A stretch of DNA of 64,000 nucleotides from Sedimentisphaerales bacterium (GTDB lineage Bacteria > Planctomycetota > Phycisphaerae > Sedimentisphaerales > SM23-30): NCBI GenBank assembly GCA_963666285.1, contig OY762711.1. One strand, 5' to 3'. The notes beneath the pieces were generated by a model that ran no database searches, had not been told where the DNA came from, and was given only the letters and a program-made list of their open reading frames with translations. The translations under genes were made by a program, and so were the position numbers. Numbering within the stretch: the first letter of the stretch is position 1; the number at the start of each line of letters is the position of its first letter. This document shows positions 32,192 through 41,591 of this stretch, one piece after another.

Positions 32192-32866
32192 ATGCGCGTT
32201 TTAGTAATAGAAGATGAACCACAGCTGGCAGATAATATTGCACAAATACTCAAGGAAGGAGCCGGTTACGCGGTAGACATTTCTAACGACGGGACCGAAG
32301 GACTTCATTTTGCCGCTACCAACCCTTATGACCTTATCGTACTCGACCTTATGCTCCCCGGCATGAGCGGCCTGGACATATTGAAACAAATCAGGGACAA
32401 AGGCAACGATACCGCCGTTCTTATTCTCACCGCCAGGGACTCCAGTGATGACATTGTTAAAGGCCTGAACTATGGCAGTGATGATTATCTGACAAAACCT
32501 TTTGATATAGGCGAACTTGTTGCCAGGTGCAAAGCTCTTATCCGACGCTCCTACAGAAAACCCAATCCGGTAATAACATTAGGCGATATTGCTATCAATA
32601 CCCTGGCAAGAACCGTTGAAATAAATAATAAATTGGTTGACCTCACCGCCACAGAGTACAAAACACTGGAATTCCTCGCGCTCCGCAAAGGTGAGGTTGT
32701 CACCAAAACTGAATTACTTGAACACTTATATGACTTCAACTGGGAAAGATTTTCAAATGTCATCGAAGTTCATATATCATCATTAAGAAGAAAACTCGAT
32801 CCCGACAAAAAAAATAATATCATCAAAACTATTCGCGGTCATGGCTACATTATCAAAGGTGAGTAA
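32192..32866 (+). CDS. OmpR-family response regulator
   Basis: MRVLVIEDE, DLMLPG, LTAR, DDYLTKPF, winged-helix IKTIRGHGY; ATG 32192 preferred over TTG 32177. Confidence 0.95.
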   Translation: MRVLVIEDEPQLADNIAQILKEGAGYAVDISNDGTEGLHFAATNPYDLIVLDLMLPGMSGLDILKQIRDKGNDTAVLILTARDSSDDIVKGLNYGSDDYLTKPFDIGELVARCKALIRRSYRKPNPVITLGDIAINTLARTVEINNKLVDLTATEYKTLEFLALRKGEVVTKTELLEHLYDFNWERFSNVIEVHISSLRRKLDPDKKNNIIKTIRGHGYIIKGE

Positions 32867-34286
32867 TTTGCAGACTTCGATCAAAAAGAAAATCAGTATT
32901 CATGTCACTGTTATGATTGTTGTTATTGTAACAATTCTGTCAGTGGTAGCTTATACCGAATTTAAGGAAGCTATGATCCGCAGCCTTGACGACCAGCTCC
33001 GTTCTTATGTCGGTTCTGTCAACACACAGCTTGGCAGCGACGCTTCCGAAACCGAAATCCGCGGCAATATCAATTCCATTCTTAACAACATGCTCGATAA
33101 GCATATAGCCGGATATGGCGTTTGGATTGGCGATCAAAATGACTTTATCGCACGCAGCGAATCATTTCAGGAAATGTTTGAGGCGATAAACTCAAAAGCT
33201 GCCTCTGATACAAACTCCGATGTTCGTAACATAAATTTTTACAATATCAATTCTAACGGCAAGCACTACCGGGCAATTCAGGCTAATTTCACTAAAAAAC
33301 TGAAAATGTTTCACGGCGACCGGGATATAAATATTGTGGTTATCATCAACAGTCATAACACCTGGCATGAAATCGGCGAACTAATTAGAGTTTTACTGCT
33401 GACAAGCATTATTGCCGTGTCCATTACTGTCGTCCTTATCTTCTTTATCCTTAAATCTGGGATGAAACCGATCCATTCTATCACCGATCAGATGGCCGAT
33501 ACTTCCGGCTCCAACTTATTCGAACTCAAATTTAACGAATCTGAATCTCCCGTTGAGCTAAAGCCTTTTATCGTCGCCTGGAACCAATTGATTGCAAAAC
33601 TCGCTAATCTGATGAGCCGGCAGAAGCAATTTACCGCTGACGCCTCACATGAGCTGAGAACTCCTCTGGCAGTTATCAAAAGCACTCTGCAAATCTCCAG
33701 GTTCAAAAAGAGATCTCCGGAATTCTACGAGTCAGCAATCGATAAATGCCTGAACGAAATGGCCAGGATGGAAAATCTCATCAACCAGCTGCTCGAACTC
33801 GCAGAATGTGATGAAAACGCACTAAATAAAAACTGGCATATCGTAAACTTAAAGGACCTGATTTCCCTTGCCTCTGACAGATTTATTGAACCGGCCAGGC
33901 AGAAGAACCAGAATATCAAACTCGATTACCTTTTCGACTTATCCGTAAACTGCAGACCAGACTATCTAACCAGGGCATTTTCAAACCTCATCGGAAACGC
34001 CGTTAAATACGGCCCGGCCAACTCTGACATAAATATCAATATGAAAATTAACGGCTCCAATGTCACTATCTCATTTCAGGACGCTGGCGGAAACATTCCT
34101 GCCCAGGAATGCGAATCGATTTTCGACCGTTTCTACAAAGCTGACAAGGCTCGCAACCATAAATCTGGCGGTGCCGGGCTGGGACTCGCTATCACCAGGG
34201 AAATTATCGAAAGACATAACGGCTCCATTAGCGTCATGTCTAACCCCGATTCCGGCACAGTCTTCACCATAACCCTACCGGCATAA
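32841..34286 (+). CDS. Sensor histidine kinase (2 TM, HAMP-like, HisKA, HATPase); true start probably 32859 or 32868
   Basis: FTADASHELRTPL, NLIGNAVKY, D.GG, FDRFY, GAGLGLAI. Confidence 0.93.
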   Translation: MATLSKVSNLQTSIKKKISIHVTVMIVVIVTILSVVAYTEFKEAMIRSLDDQLRSYVGSVNTQLGSDASETEIRGNINSILNNMLDKHIAGYGVWIGDQNDFIARSESFQEMFEAINSKAASDTNSDVRNINFYNINSNGKHYRAIQANFTKKLKMFHGDRDINIVVIINSHNTWHEIGELIRVLLLTSIIAVSITVVLIFFILKSGMKPIHSITDQMADTSGSNLFELKFNESESPVELKPFIVAWNQLIAKLANLMSRQKQFTADASHELRTPLAVIKSTLQISRFKKRSPEFYESAIDKCLNEMARMENLINQLLELAECDENALNKNWHIVNLKDLISLASDRFIEPARQKNQNIKLDYLFDLSVNCRPDYLTRAFSNLIGNAVKYGPANSDININMKINGSNVTISFQDAGGNIPAQECESIFDRFYKADKARNHKSGGAGLGLAITREIIERHNGSISVMSNPDSGTVFTITLPA

Positions 34287-34444
34287 AACCTTCAATACTG
34301 ACCACTACCTAACTCGCTTCTGACCACTGTTCGCTGATCGCTCGATACTATTCACTAATAGCACTCCGCTGTTTGCTGATTCCCGGTAGCCCCCGGTTTC
34401 AACCGGGGGAATAAACAACCCTCCCCATGATTTTAAAAGCATCC

Positions 34445-34549
34445 TCGCCGTCAGGCGATTTATGATAAGGTTGCGTAGCAACACATTCTTTACACTTTTT
34501 ATTTTACCCTTTACACTTTGATGTCGCACAGCGACATCTGGTCCGCCCA
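34445..34549. repeat. About 105-bp dispersed repeat (second copy 57973-58076)
   Basis: TCGCCG..AGGCGATTTAT.ATAAGGTTGCGTAGCAACAC..TCTTTACACTTTTTATTTTACCCTTTACACTTTGATG is shared by both copies. Confidence 0.85.
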
Positions 34550-34576
34550 AGCCAATCTCAAGCATCCCGCCCCCCC

Positions 34577-37500
34577 CTATTTAGAACTAAGTTCGGCAAT
34601 TTCAGAAGCACTTAAATCTATATCATATATCCGCACATCATCAATTGATCCTTTAAAGTTCAACGTAGCCGACTGGATACCCGCTGTTGCATCTGTATCT
34701 AATGCACCTATAATTACATCTTCTGACAAACTTGTATTAATCTCTAAATCCAGTGCAGAAGCATTAGTTGATACTTCCTGACCGTCAACGTAAAGCAGCA
34801 GCTGGTTAATATTGGTTGCTCCATATGGCAGCACAACAGCTGCATGATGCCAGTTACCATCCTCTATATCCGGGCCGCCAATTATTCTTGCTCCCCAGAC
34901 AGCTACTGAAATCTGGCCGGTTTGACCATCAGTTATCATAGCCCATTTCTTACCGTTCTCTCCAGAGCCCCATGAAATCATTGTATATACATTTGTATCC
35001 AGATTCGACAAATCCTCATCGGTCTTGACCCACATGGCAACAGTTCTCGGTTCACTGCCGGATATCCCCTGATAGTTCTCTATCTCAATATAGTCATCCA
35101 GACCGTCAAGTGCGATAGCACTCCCTGTATATCCATCAGCATCTTTTTCCGGACCATTTACTCCCAGGCAAGACCTGCCATAATTCGAACTGTCACTAAT
35201 ACTGCTGTCAGGCTCATCAAATTGTAAATGTAAATGCAGCGACCCATTTAAAAGCCATTCCGCCGCAAGAATACCAAAGTCTGAAATATCTACATCATTG
35301 TCACCGTCCAGGCTGGCTCCATCACAAGCTGGTACATCAGTGCAGTCCTGCATTAACCATTGAGCCGCAAAACCGTACAGATCTGATATCCCTAAAGCTC
35401 CGGAATATACATTGCCCACATTGATCGTCATTTGAGCTGTATCATAATAACCATCCAGGTCTGATACACGAACTGTAAATGTATTTATACCGGCATCATG
35501 ACAACCTGGAATCCCTGATAGCCCACCATCACTCGCCACTACCAGCCAATCCGGACCACTATCTTTACTAAAAATAACCGTTTCAAGCCCTTGCTTATCT
35601 TCTGCAAACTCTGCTAACGAGCTGCCTGTATAATACCTTGACTCAATACCGTCAAGATTACTAATCGGGTCTGTAGTAAAATACGGAACCAAAGGCGTGA
35701 CTGTTATCTCGTCAATATTGGCAAGATCTTCACCGGTTGATTCAAACCGGATGGTATTAACTTTTCCACCGTTCAGCGTAACCGTAATATACTTTGTCGC
35801 CCAGGCATTCCAGGCTGATGTTGAATCAAAAGTGACGCTTTGTATTACTCCATTTACAATCAGGTTTCCTGTTCGCGATCCGGCTGAACCATTTGCATAT
35901 CGAATATCGAGTATTGCAGCTCCGCCGCCGCAGCCGTCAATCCCGCCAAATTCCAGATATCCGCCGCTGCTTGGAAAGTTTACATATCCGGTTTCACTAT
36001 AACCGGAATTTTTATCTTCAAAAATCGCACCATCTCCATAAATAGCGTCTTCGGCCTGACCGCCTTCCGGATCTGGAATACCTTCATATAAGACTTCAAT
36101 TCCACAAATTAATGAGTTATCAACAATCGTAGTAAACTCTACTTCTAACTCGCCGCTTGAATCACCCAGGACAGTAAATTCTTCAACATGCGCTTTATAT
36201 CGTGCGCCTGTAATAGAATAAATATCATAGTCTGACAATACCGTTGTTCCATTAATTGCCACATCAAACACCCGACTGCCGGTTGAGCTATGATATATTT
36301 CTGCAAAATGTAAACGTACCTTATATATTACGCCATCAGCAATGCCCGGAAATATATAACTAAAGTTGCCATGACGCTCTACCTGGTAAACTGCTTCTGG
36401 TGCTGGGTCAGTTACACCGCTAAGGTCGATTGTTTCTTCTTTGGTATATGTGCCGCCGGCAGAATAATAGGCATCGGCTATATATGGACTCACTTCGTCT
36501 CCGCCGCAATTTATGGCTAAACTCAAACCTTCAACTGCTGCATATGCCTCATTGGAAGCATTAGACTCGTTAGAGGAAACATCAACTGCTGTAACTATAT
36601 AATAATAGGTCGATCCACTCGACACACTGTCATCTGTATAACCACTGGCGGTTACTAATGTGGCAATTGTTGTGTATGGTCCATCAGATTCTGTTGACCG
36701 TTTCACATTATAGCCTTCCAGGTCTGCTTCTGTATTATCGTACCAGTCCAGCGTAACCTGACCTGCACCTGACACAACTATCAGATTTGTTGGTATACTC
36801 GGTGCGATATCATCTGACCCGGCTGTTGGCGTAGCTGTCGCCTCACTGGAATAAGAAGATTCGTTACCGTCAATATCAACCGCCGTAACCACATAATAAT
36901 AATCTGTTCCATTGGTCACAGCATTATCTGTATAAGCAGGCATCTCCAAACCTGTTGCAATTACGGTATATGGTCCGCCATCGGTAATGCTTCTTTCAAC
37001 ACTATAACCGACAATATCCGGCTCGATATTATCGTACCAGTTCAGCCATACTACACTATCGCCCTGCACTGCCGACAGTTTTTCTGGTGCTGCCGGCGGT
37101 CCGTCATCAACATGGTCAGTCGTAACAAAAATTGCATATAGTTGCGTCCAACTGCTGCCATCGGCATCACTTACTGTAAAATTAAAACCGGCCCGACCGT
37201 AGAAACCTTCATCTGGTATAAATACGACAACTGGTCCGGTTGACGAAACAGTAGTACCATCTTGTTCATACTGTGTTACTGTACCGTAATAAGAAGCATC
37301 TATCGTAAATTCTGGGCTATCGGCAAAACCACGGGTATACCTGCTCAAATCTATTCTTATCGAAGACGGCTGGGAAACTGTATTCTTGTCTATCATCGCA
37401 TGCGGCATTGCACAAAAATGCAAATACTCTTCCAGGTAGGTATAGCCCGCAGGTGTATTCGCAGGAAAGTACGTTGTCGCGGTAATTACTGAACCATCAT

Positions 37501-38878
37501 TCGCAAAGACCCTATTATGGTCCTGAACTTCCGGATCTGTACCTACGATCATCTCCCAGTTATCCGGCATACCGTCTCCATCGGTATCAACCGGCGATGC
37601 CGTGGTATTCAACGTACCAAAACCGCTGTTGGTTATTCCATAATTAGTGGCCAGCAAATACTCGCCGCTAGACGGCGGAGCATCATCTACAACCGGACTA
37701 TCCTTAGCCACCATAATACATTCCTGATTTTCTACACTTTCAATCAACAGGGTATCTAGTTCATCGCGCAGTGATGTCGCACTGGCATCCAGCCGCAACG
37801 GCCCCACGCTCGAAAGAACTTTCTTATAACCTGTCAGAGCATCATCTATGGTTACTGATACCGGGGCTCCTGTAAACGGTGTCGAAGACTTATAGTAGCT
37901 CTTAGTACCCGCGGTCGTTCCCGCTTCTGGATAGGGTGATCCCTCAACAATATCATAACCTCTGTCAGTTCCATCCAGAATACCATCATTATCATTGTCA
38001 AAAAGACAATCATTGAGATAAAGACTAAAATTTGGCTCTCCATCAGAAGCGACATATGCCTTAACCAGACCCTTACTCTGGACACCAAACCGATAGCTCG
38101 GAATCGACAGGTAATAACAGCCGATAATATTCGCTTTCCAGTCTATATCTGTCTGAGAGTCACCCATGATGAAACCGGTGCCAAAGTCAAAGGTCACATT
38201 ATTAATCCATTCCAGCATACTCGGACGCGCCTTTGGATTACGAGTCGTATGATGAGCCCACAATGAATGATGACAGGTTCCCTGGTTCAGACTCCAAAGT
38301 CCGCCCGCATTATGACGCTCCATACCCCAGGATGTTGAGGTATACTGCATAGTGAAATTATCAGGGTCTGTTTCAAAAAATGAAAAATTCTCGTCAGTAC
38401 TGAACATAAGAGAAACATGGTCAACCATCGTATCACTAACACCTTCGGCAATATTAAGACAGTCACCGCCGGTACCATATTTCCCATGACGAATACGAAA
38501 ATGCCTCAGTACTGTATTATCACCAACAATATACATACGACCGCCCTGTAAACCCACACCATCGCCTGGCGCCGTCTGACCGGCAATAGTAACATTAGCT
38601 GGAACCTGAAAATTTGTGTCAGAATTGACCGGTATATATCCACTAACCGCAAAAACAATGGTACGACCACTTGAAGGAGCTGTTTCCAGGGCGTCTCGAA
38701 GTGTACCTGCTCCGCTGTTATTCAGACTTGTAACAGTGTAAACATCACCGCCTCGACCGCCCGTGGAATAAGCACCAAAACCTTCAGCTCCCGGAAATGC
38801 CGGGATTTCTGCACGGATTGATACTCCCAGGCATATCAATACCGCCGCAAATGTTAATTTCTCGATCAATCTGAGCAT
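34577..38878 (-). CDS. Secreted pectate-lyase-like (PL1-type) multidomain protein: beta-helix, 2x FN3, malectin-like, CBM35/6-like, Ig, dockerin-like, LamG
   Basis: PAFPGAEGFG..GGRGG, TIAGQTAPG, DTDGDGMPD.WE, YYYVVTAVD x2, LHFAEIY..RVFDV, dockerin-like DISDF..LA..WL. Start 38878 follows GGAGG. Confidence 0.88.
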   Translation of the reverse strand: MLRLIEKLTFAAVLICLGVSIRAEIPAFPGAEGFGAYSTGGRGGDVYTVTSLNNSGAGTLRDALETAPSSGRTIVFAVSGYIPVNSDTNFQVPANVTIAGQTAPGDGVGLQGGRMYIVGDNTVLRHFRIRHGKYGTGGDCLNIAEGVSDTMVDHVSLMFSTDENFSFFETDPDNFTMQYTSTSWGMERHNAGGLWSLNQGTCHHSLWAHHTTRNPKARPSMLEWINNVTFDFGTGFIMGDSQTDIDWKANIIGCYYLSIPSYRFGVQSKGLVKAYVASDGEPNFSLYLNDCLFDNDNDGILDGTDRGYDIVEGSPYPEAGTTAGTKSYYKSSTPFTGAPVSVTIDDALTGYKKVLSSVGPLRLDASATSLRDELDTLLIESVENQECIMVAKDSPVVDDAPPSSGEYLLATNYGITNSGFGTLNTTASPVDTDGDGMPDNWEMIVGTDPEVQDHNRVFANDGSVITATTYFPANTPAGYTYLEEYLHFCAMPHAMIDKNTVSQPSSIRIDLSRYTRGFADSPEFTIDASYYGTVTQYEQDGTTVSSTGPVVVFIPDEGFYGRAGFNFTVSDADGSSWTQLYAIFVTTDHVDDGPPAAPEKLSAVQGDSVVWLNWYDNIEPDIVGYSVERSITDGGPYTVIATGLEMPAYTDNAVTNGTDYYYVVTAVDIDGNESSYSSEATATPTAGSDDIAPSIPTNLIVVSGAGQVTLDWYDNTEADLEGYNVKRSTESDGPYTTIATLVTASGYTDDSVSSGSTYYYIVTAVDVSSNESNASNEAYAAVEGLSLAINCGGDEVSPYIADAYYSAGGTYTKEETIDLSGVTDPAPEAVYQVERHGNFSYIFPGIADGVIYKVRLHFAEIYHSSTGSRVFDVAINGTTVLSDYDIYSITGARYKAHVEEFTVLGDSSGELEVEFTTIVDNSLICGIEVLYEGIPDPEGGQAEDAIYGDGAIFEDKNSGYSETGYVNFPSSGGYLEFGGIDGCGGGAAILDIRYANGSAGSRTGNLIVNGVIQSVTFDSTSAWNAWATKYITVTLNGGKVNTIRFESTGEDLANIDEITVTPLVPYFTTDPISNLDGIESRYYTGSSLAEFAEDKQGLETVIFSKDSGPDWLVVASDGGLSGIPGCHDAGINTFTVRVSDLDGYYDTAQMTINVGNVYSGALGISDLYGFAAQWLMQDCTDVPACDGASLDGDNDVDISDFGILAAEWLLNGSLHLHLQFDEPDSSISDSSNYGRSCLGVNGPEKDADGYTGSAIALDGLDDYIEIENYQGISGSEPRTVAMWVKTDEDLSNLDTNVYTMISWGSGENGKKWAMITDGQTGQISVAVWGARIIGGPDIEDGNWHHAAVVLPYGATNINQLLLYVDGQEVSTNASALDLEINTSLSEDVIIGALDTDATAGIQSATLNFKGSIDDVRIYDIDLSASEIAELSSK

Positions 38879-39304
38879 ATATTCCTCCAAATGCTTATGC
38901 TGTAATATTCTTAATGTCAAATTCTTATGTGCTATTTTCTATTTTTCGGCTTTATACACTGGTAAAGTTATTTTAATTATTTGGCACTGATATTTGATGT
39001 AATCTAAATATATTACATCAATCTGGTACACAGCCTTACGGCTACCCTCCTCTAATACCAAAATAATAATACCTGATACCTCACAAATTGACCTATAGTC
39101 AGTTTGTGAAAGTACATAATAACATTTGAATTACAAAGAATATTTTTCCCAAATTCTACCTTTTCCTGCATTTTTACACAAAATAATCCATCGTTTTGCG
39201 CGAAATAGTCCTTTTACAGGCAAATCAGCTGTCCACTCTTTATAAATCTGGACAATACACTTATGAAACTTTTTTTGATTTATATAATTATTTTCGCTGC
39301 TATA

Positions 39305-39333
39305 TTGACTGCAAATATTTAATGTATTATAAT
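39305..39333 (+). promoter_or_regulatory. Sigma70 promoter of the TM1266-hydG unit
   Basis: TTGACT-N17-TATAAT. Confidence 0.75.
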
Positions 39334-39392
39334 TGATTAACGCAAACAGCTAAGGATTTCCTTTAATTCGTGTTATTGATTTCCTGAACTGA

Positions 39393-39512
39393 ATGCAAAA
39401 GTTTAATTTTTTATTTGTACTGATACATAAGGGTACGCCCGAATGTGAAGGCAATAGAGTTATAGACAATTGCTTTACAGCATGTTGCTGTTTTGAAATA
39501 CTAAAACCTTAA
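39393..39512 (+). CDS. Putative Cys-rich leader peptide (39 aa)
   Basis: MQKFNFLFVLIHKGTPECEGNRVIDNCFTACCCFEILKP*; 5 Cys including TGT-TGC-TGT; stop codon inside the terminator 5' arm; no obvious SD. Confidence 0.55.
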   Translation: MQKFNFLFVLIHKGTPECEGNRVIDNCFTACCCFEILKP

Positions 39513-39538
39513 GCCTTCCCTGGTTCTAAGGTTTTTTT
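39503..39538 (+). terminator. Leader (attenuator-type) intrinsic terminator ending 6 nt before the TM1266 start
   Basis: AAAACCTTA-AGCC-ttccct-GGTT-c-TAAGGTTTTTTT. Confidence 0.75.
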
Positions 39539-39544
39539 ATTATC

Positions 39545-39805
39545 ATGGAAACACGAATTGCTGCTATTAGTATTATTGTTGAAAACCCGGAATCTGCCGA
39601 GAAAATCAATAAAATCCTTCACGACTATGGTGATTTTATTATTGGCAGGATGGGAATTCCATATCACAAAAGAGATCTGTCTATCATCACTGTTGTCCTG
39701 GATGCTCCCAGCGATGCAATTAGCGCACTTTCAGGAAAACTGGGTATGCTGCCCGACATTACAGTCAAAACAGCATATTCCAAATGCTTTTCCCAGGATG
39801 AGTAA
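39545..39805 (+). CDS. TM1266-family iron-only hydrogenase system regulator (ACT/NikR-C-like)
   Basis: METRIAAISIIVE...LH.Y...IIGRMGIPY...ISALSGKLG.LP; directly upstream of hydG. Confidence 0.9.
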   Translation: METRIAAISIIVENPESAEKINKILHDYGDFIIGRMGIPYHKRDLSIITVVLDAPSDAISALSGKLGMLPDITVKTAYSKCFSQDE

Positions 39806-39992
39806 ACTACCCCTCATTTTATATCAGCACAAATATAAGTGATTAGATACGCTGCAGAATAGGTACAAAACTACTGTTGCACGATGCTACCTGCAATTAA
39901 CCCTGCCCTGCAATACCCGGCCGAAAACAAAATGACGCAATTATTATTTACTGCGTCTGATTACTTATATTTTTTTTGAAAGGTTATGTACC

Positions 39993-41417
39993 ATGTATAA
40001 TGTCAACTCAAACGACTGTAATGAGTTTATCGACAATGATGAAGTCCTTCAATCTGTGGAATACGGTAAAAACACCGTATCTGATATGGCTGAAATTGAT
40101 AGAATTCTCAAAAAGGCCGGCAATAGAGAAGGTCTAACCCATCGTGAAGCAGCCGTATTACTGGCTGTTGAAGATGACAGCACTCTGGAAAAAATGTACC
40201 ATACTGCCAGGCAGGTTAAAGAAACTATATACGGCAAAAGAGTTGTGCTGTTTGCCCCTCTTTATCTATCCAGCTATTGCGTTAATGATTGCAAATATTG
40301 CGGCTACAAATGCTCAAATACTATCGGACGCCACCAGCTCACCCAGGATGAATTGCGTGAAGAAGTCAGGGCTTTAGAGGCTCTCGGACACAAACGACTA
40401 CTGCTTGAGGCCGGCGAAGATGACAAACGATGCCCGATCGAATACATTCTCGAATGTATTAAAACCATATACGATGAAAAGTTTGAAAACGGTAGTATTA
40501 GAAGAGTTAACGTAGATATTGCCGCTACCACGGTTGAAAACTACAAAAAACTCAAAGATGCCGCCATAGGTACTTATATTCTTTTCCAGGAAACTTACCA
40601 TAAGCCAACCTATGAAAGCATACACTCCGGCCCCAAACAAGACTACCAATGGCATACCGAAGCTATGGACCGCGCCATGACCGCCGGTATTGATGATGTC
40701 GGCATAGGACCTTTATATGGACTGTATGACTATCAGTACGAAACCGTTGCACTCCTCATGCACGCTGAACATCTCGAAGCTGCATTCGGCGTCGGCCCCC
40801 ATACTATCTCTTTCCCTAGACTCCTTCCCGCTGAAGGTGTCAACTATGACAATTTCCCGCACCTGGTTAATGACCGAAACTTCAAAAAACTCGTTGCCGT
40901 CATTCGCCTGGCTGTACCTTATACCGGGATGATCGTCTCGACTCGTGAAAGCGTGGAATTTCGCAGGGAACTGCTTGAGATTGGCGTTTCGCAGATGAGT
41001 GCCGGATCTTGTGTCGGTGTCGGCGGGTATGCCGAAAGATTGAAAATGGACCTCGACGGAGTTGAAGAAAAACCGCAATTTAATCTGGCAGACCATAGAA
41101 AACCGATTGAGGTTATCAAGGATCTCGTCAACCATGGCTACATTCCTAGCTACTGCACCGCATGCTACCGCGAAGGCAGAACCGGTGACAGGTTCATGCC
41201 GCTGGCTAAATCCGGTGCTATAGGCAATATATGCCTGCCCAACGCCCTGCTTACTTTCCAGGAATACCTGATGGACTATGCCGACGATGAACTGAAACTC
41301 GCCGGTCGGGAAATGATCGACCGGCAAATGCTGGAAATTCCTAAACCTGCCAGCAGAGATAAAGCTGCACGCTTTCTTAACGATATCAGAAACGGCCAGA
41401 GAGACCTGAGATTCTAG
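39993..41417 (+). CDS. hydG: [FeFe]-hydrogenase H-cluster radical SAM maturase HydG
   Basis: FAPLYLSSYCVNDCKYC, GPHTISFPR, C-terminal CxxC-x22-C (CTAC...NIC) that distinguishes HydG from ThiH. Confidence 0.95.
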   Translation: MYNVNSNDCNEFIDNDEVLQSVEYGKNTVSDMAEIDRILKKAGNREGLTHREAAVLLAVEDDSTLEKMYHTARQVKETIYGKRVVLFAPLYLSSYCVNDCKYCGYKCSNTIGRHQLTQDELREEVRALEALGHKRLLLEAGEDDKRCPIEYILECIKTIYDEKFENGSIRRVNVDIAATTVENYKKLKDAAIGTYILFQETYHKPTYESIHSGPKQDYQWHTEAMDRAMTAGIDDVGIGPLYGLYDYQYETVALLMHAEHLEAAFGVGPHTISFPRLLPAEGVNYDNFPHLVNDRNFKKLVAVIRLAVPYTGMIVSTRESVEFRRELLEIGVSQMSAGSCVGVGGYAERLKMDLDGVEEKPQFNLADHRKPIEVIKDLVNHGYIPSYCTACYREGRTGDRFMPLAKSGAIGNICLPNALLTFQEYLMDYADDELKLAGREMIDRQMLEIPKPASRDKAARFLNDIRNGQRDLRF

Positions 41418-41446
41418 AGCACTTTAATATTTTCTGTTCCGATTTA

Positions 41447-41542
41447 TGCCTCTGTGAGGATGAGGCTAACAAAGAAGAAAACACAGTAATATTCATATAT
41501 TGCGAGTATTTCTGATGTAGTCAGCCGAAACCGCAACAGGCA
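41447..41542. repeat. Long imperfect palindrome (MITE-like class) between convergent genes
   Basis: TGCCT..GGCTAAC..GAAAACAC.GTAATAT-tcat-ATATTGC.GTATTTC..GTCAGCC..AGGCA. Confidence 0.55.
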
Positions 41543-41591
41543 AAAAGCGAACACGCCACAAAGTGATGCGAAGCATAAAAATTAAATTGCT

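Noticed and set aside
34305..34565. 86-aa ORF, and the short ORFs at 58045-58289
   Set aside because: They lie over REP-like and low-complexity repeats and are probably non-coding.
39340..39540. Known riboswitch (TPP, SAM, T-box, c-di-GMP, cobalamin) in the hydG leader
   Set aside because: I could not match their conserved cores by eye; an Rfam scan is still needed to exclude them formally.
39993..41417. thiH call for this gene, and bioB for 11928-12980
   Set aside because: The C-terminal CxxC-x22-C motif and TM1266 neighbour indicate HydG; the YEIYP motif and aspA linkage indicate HydE.
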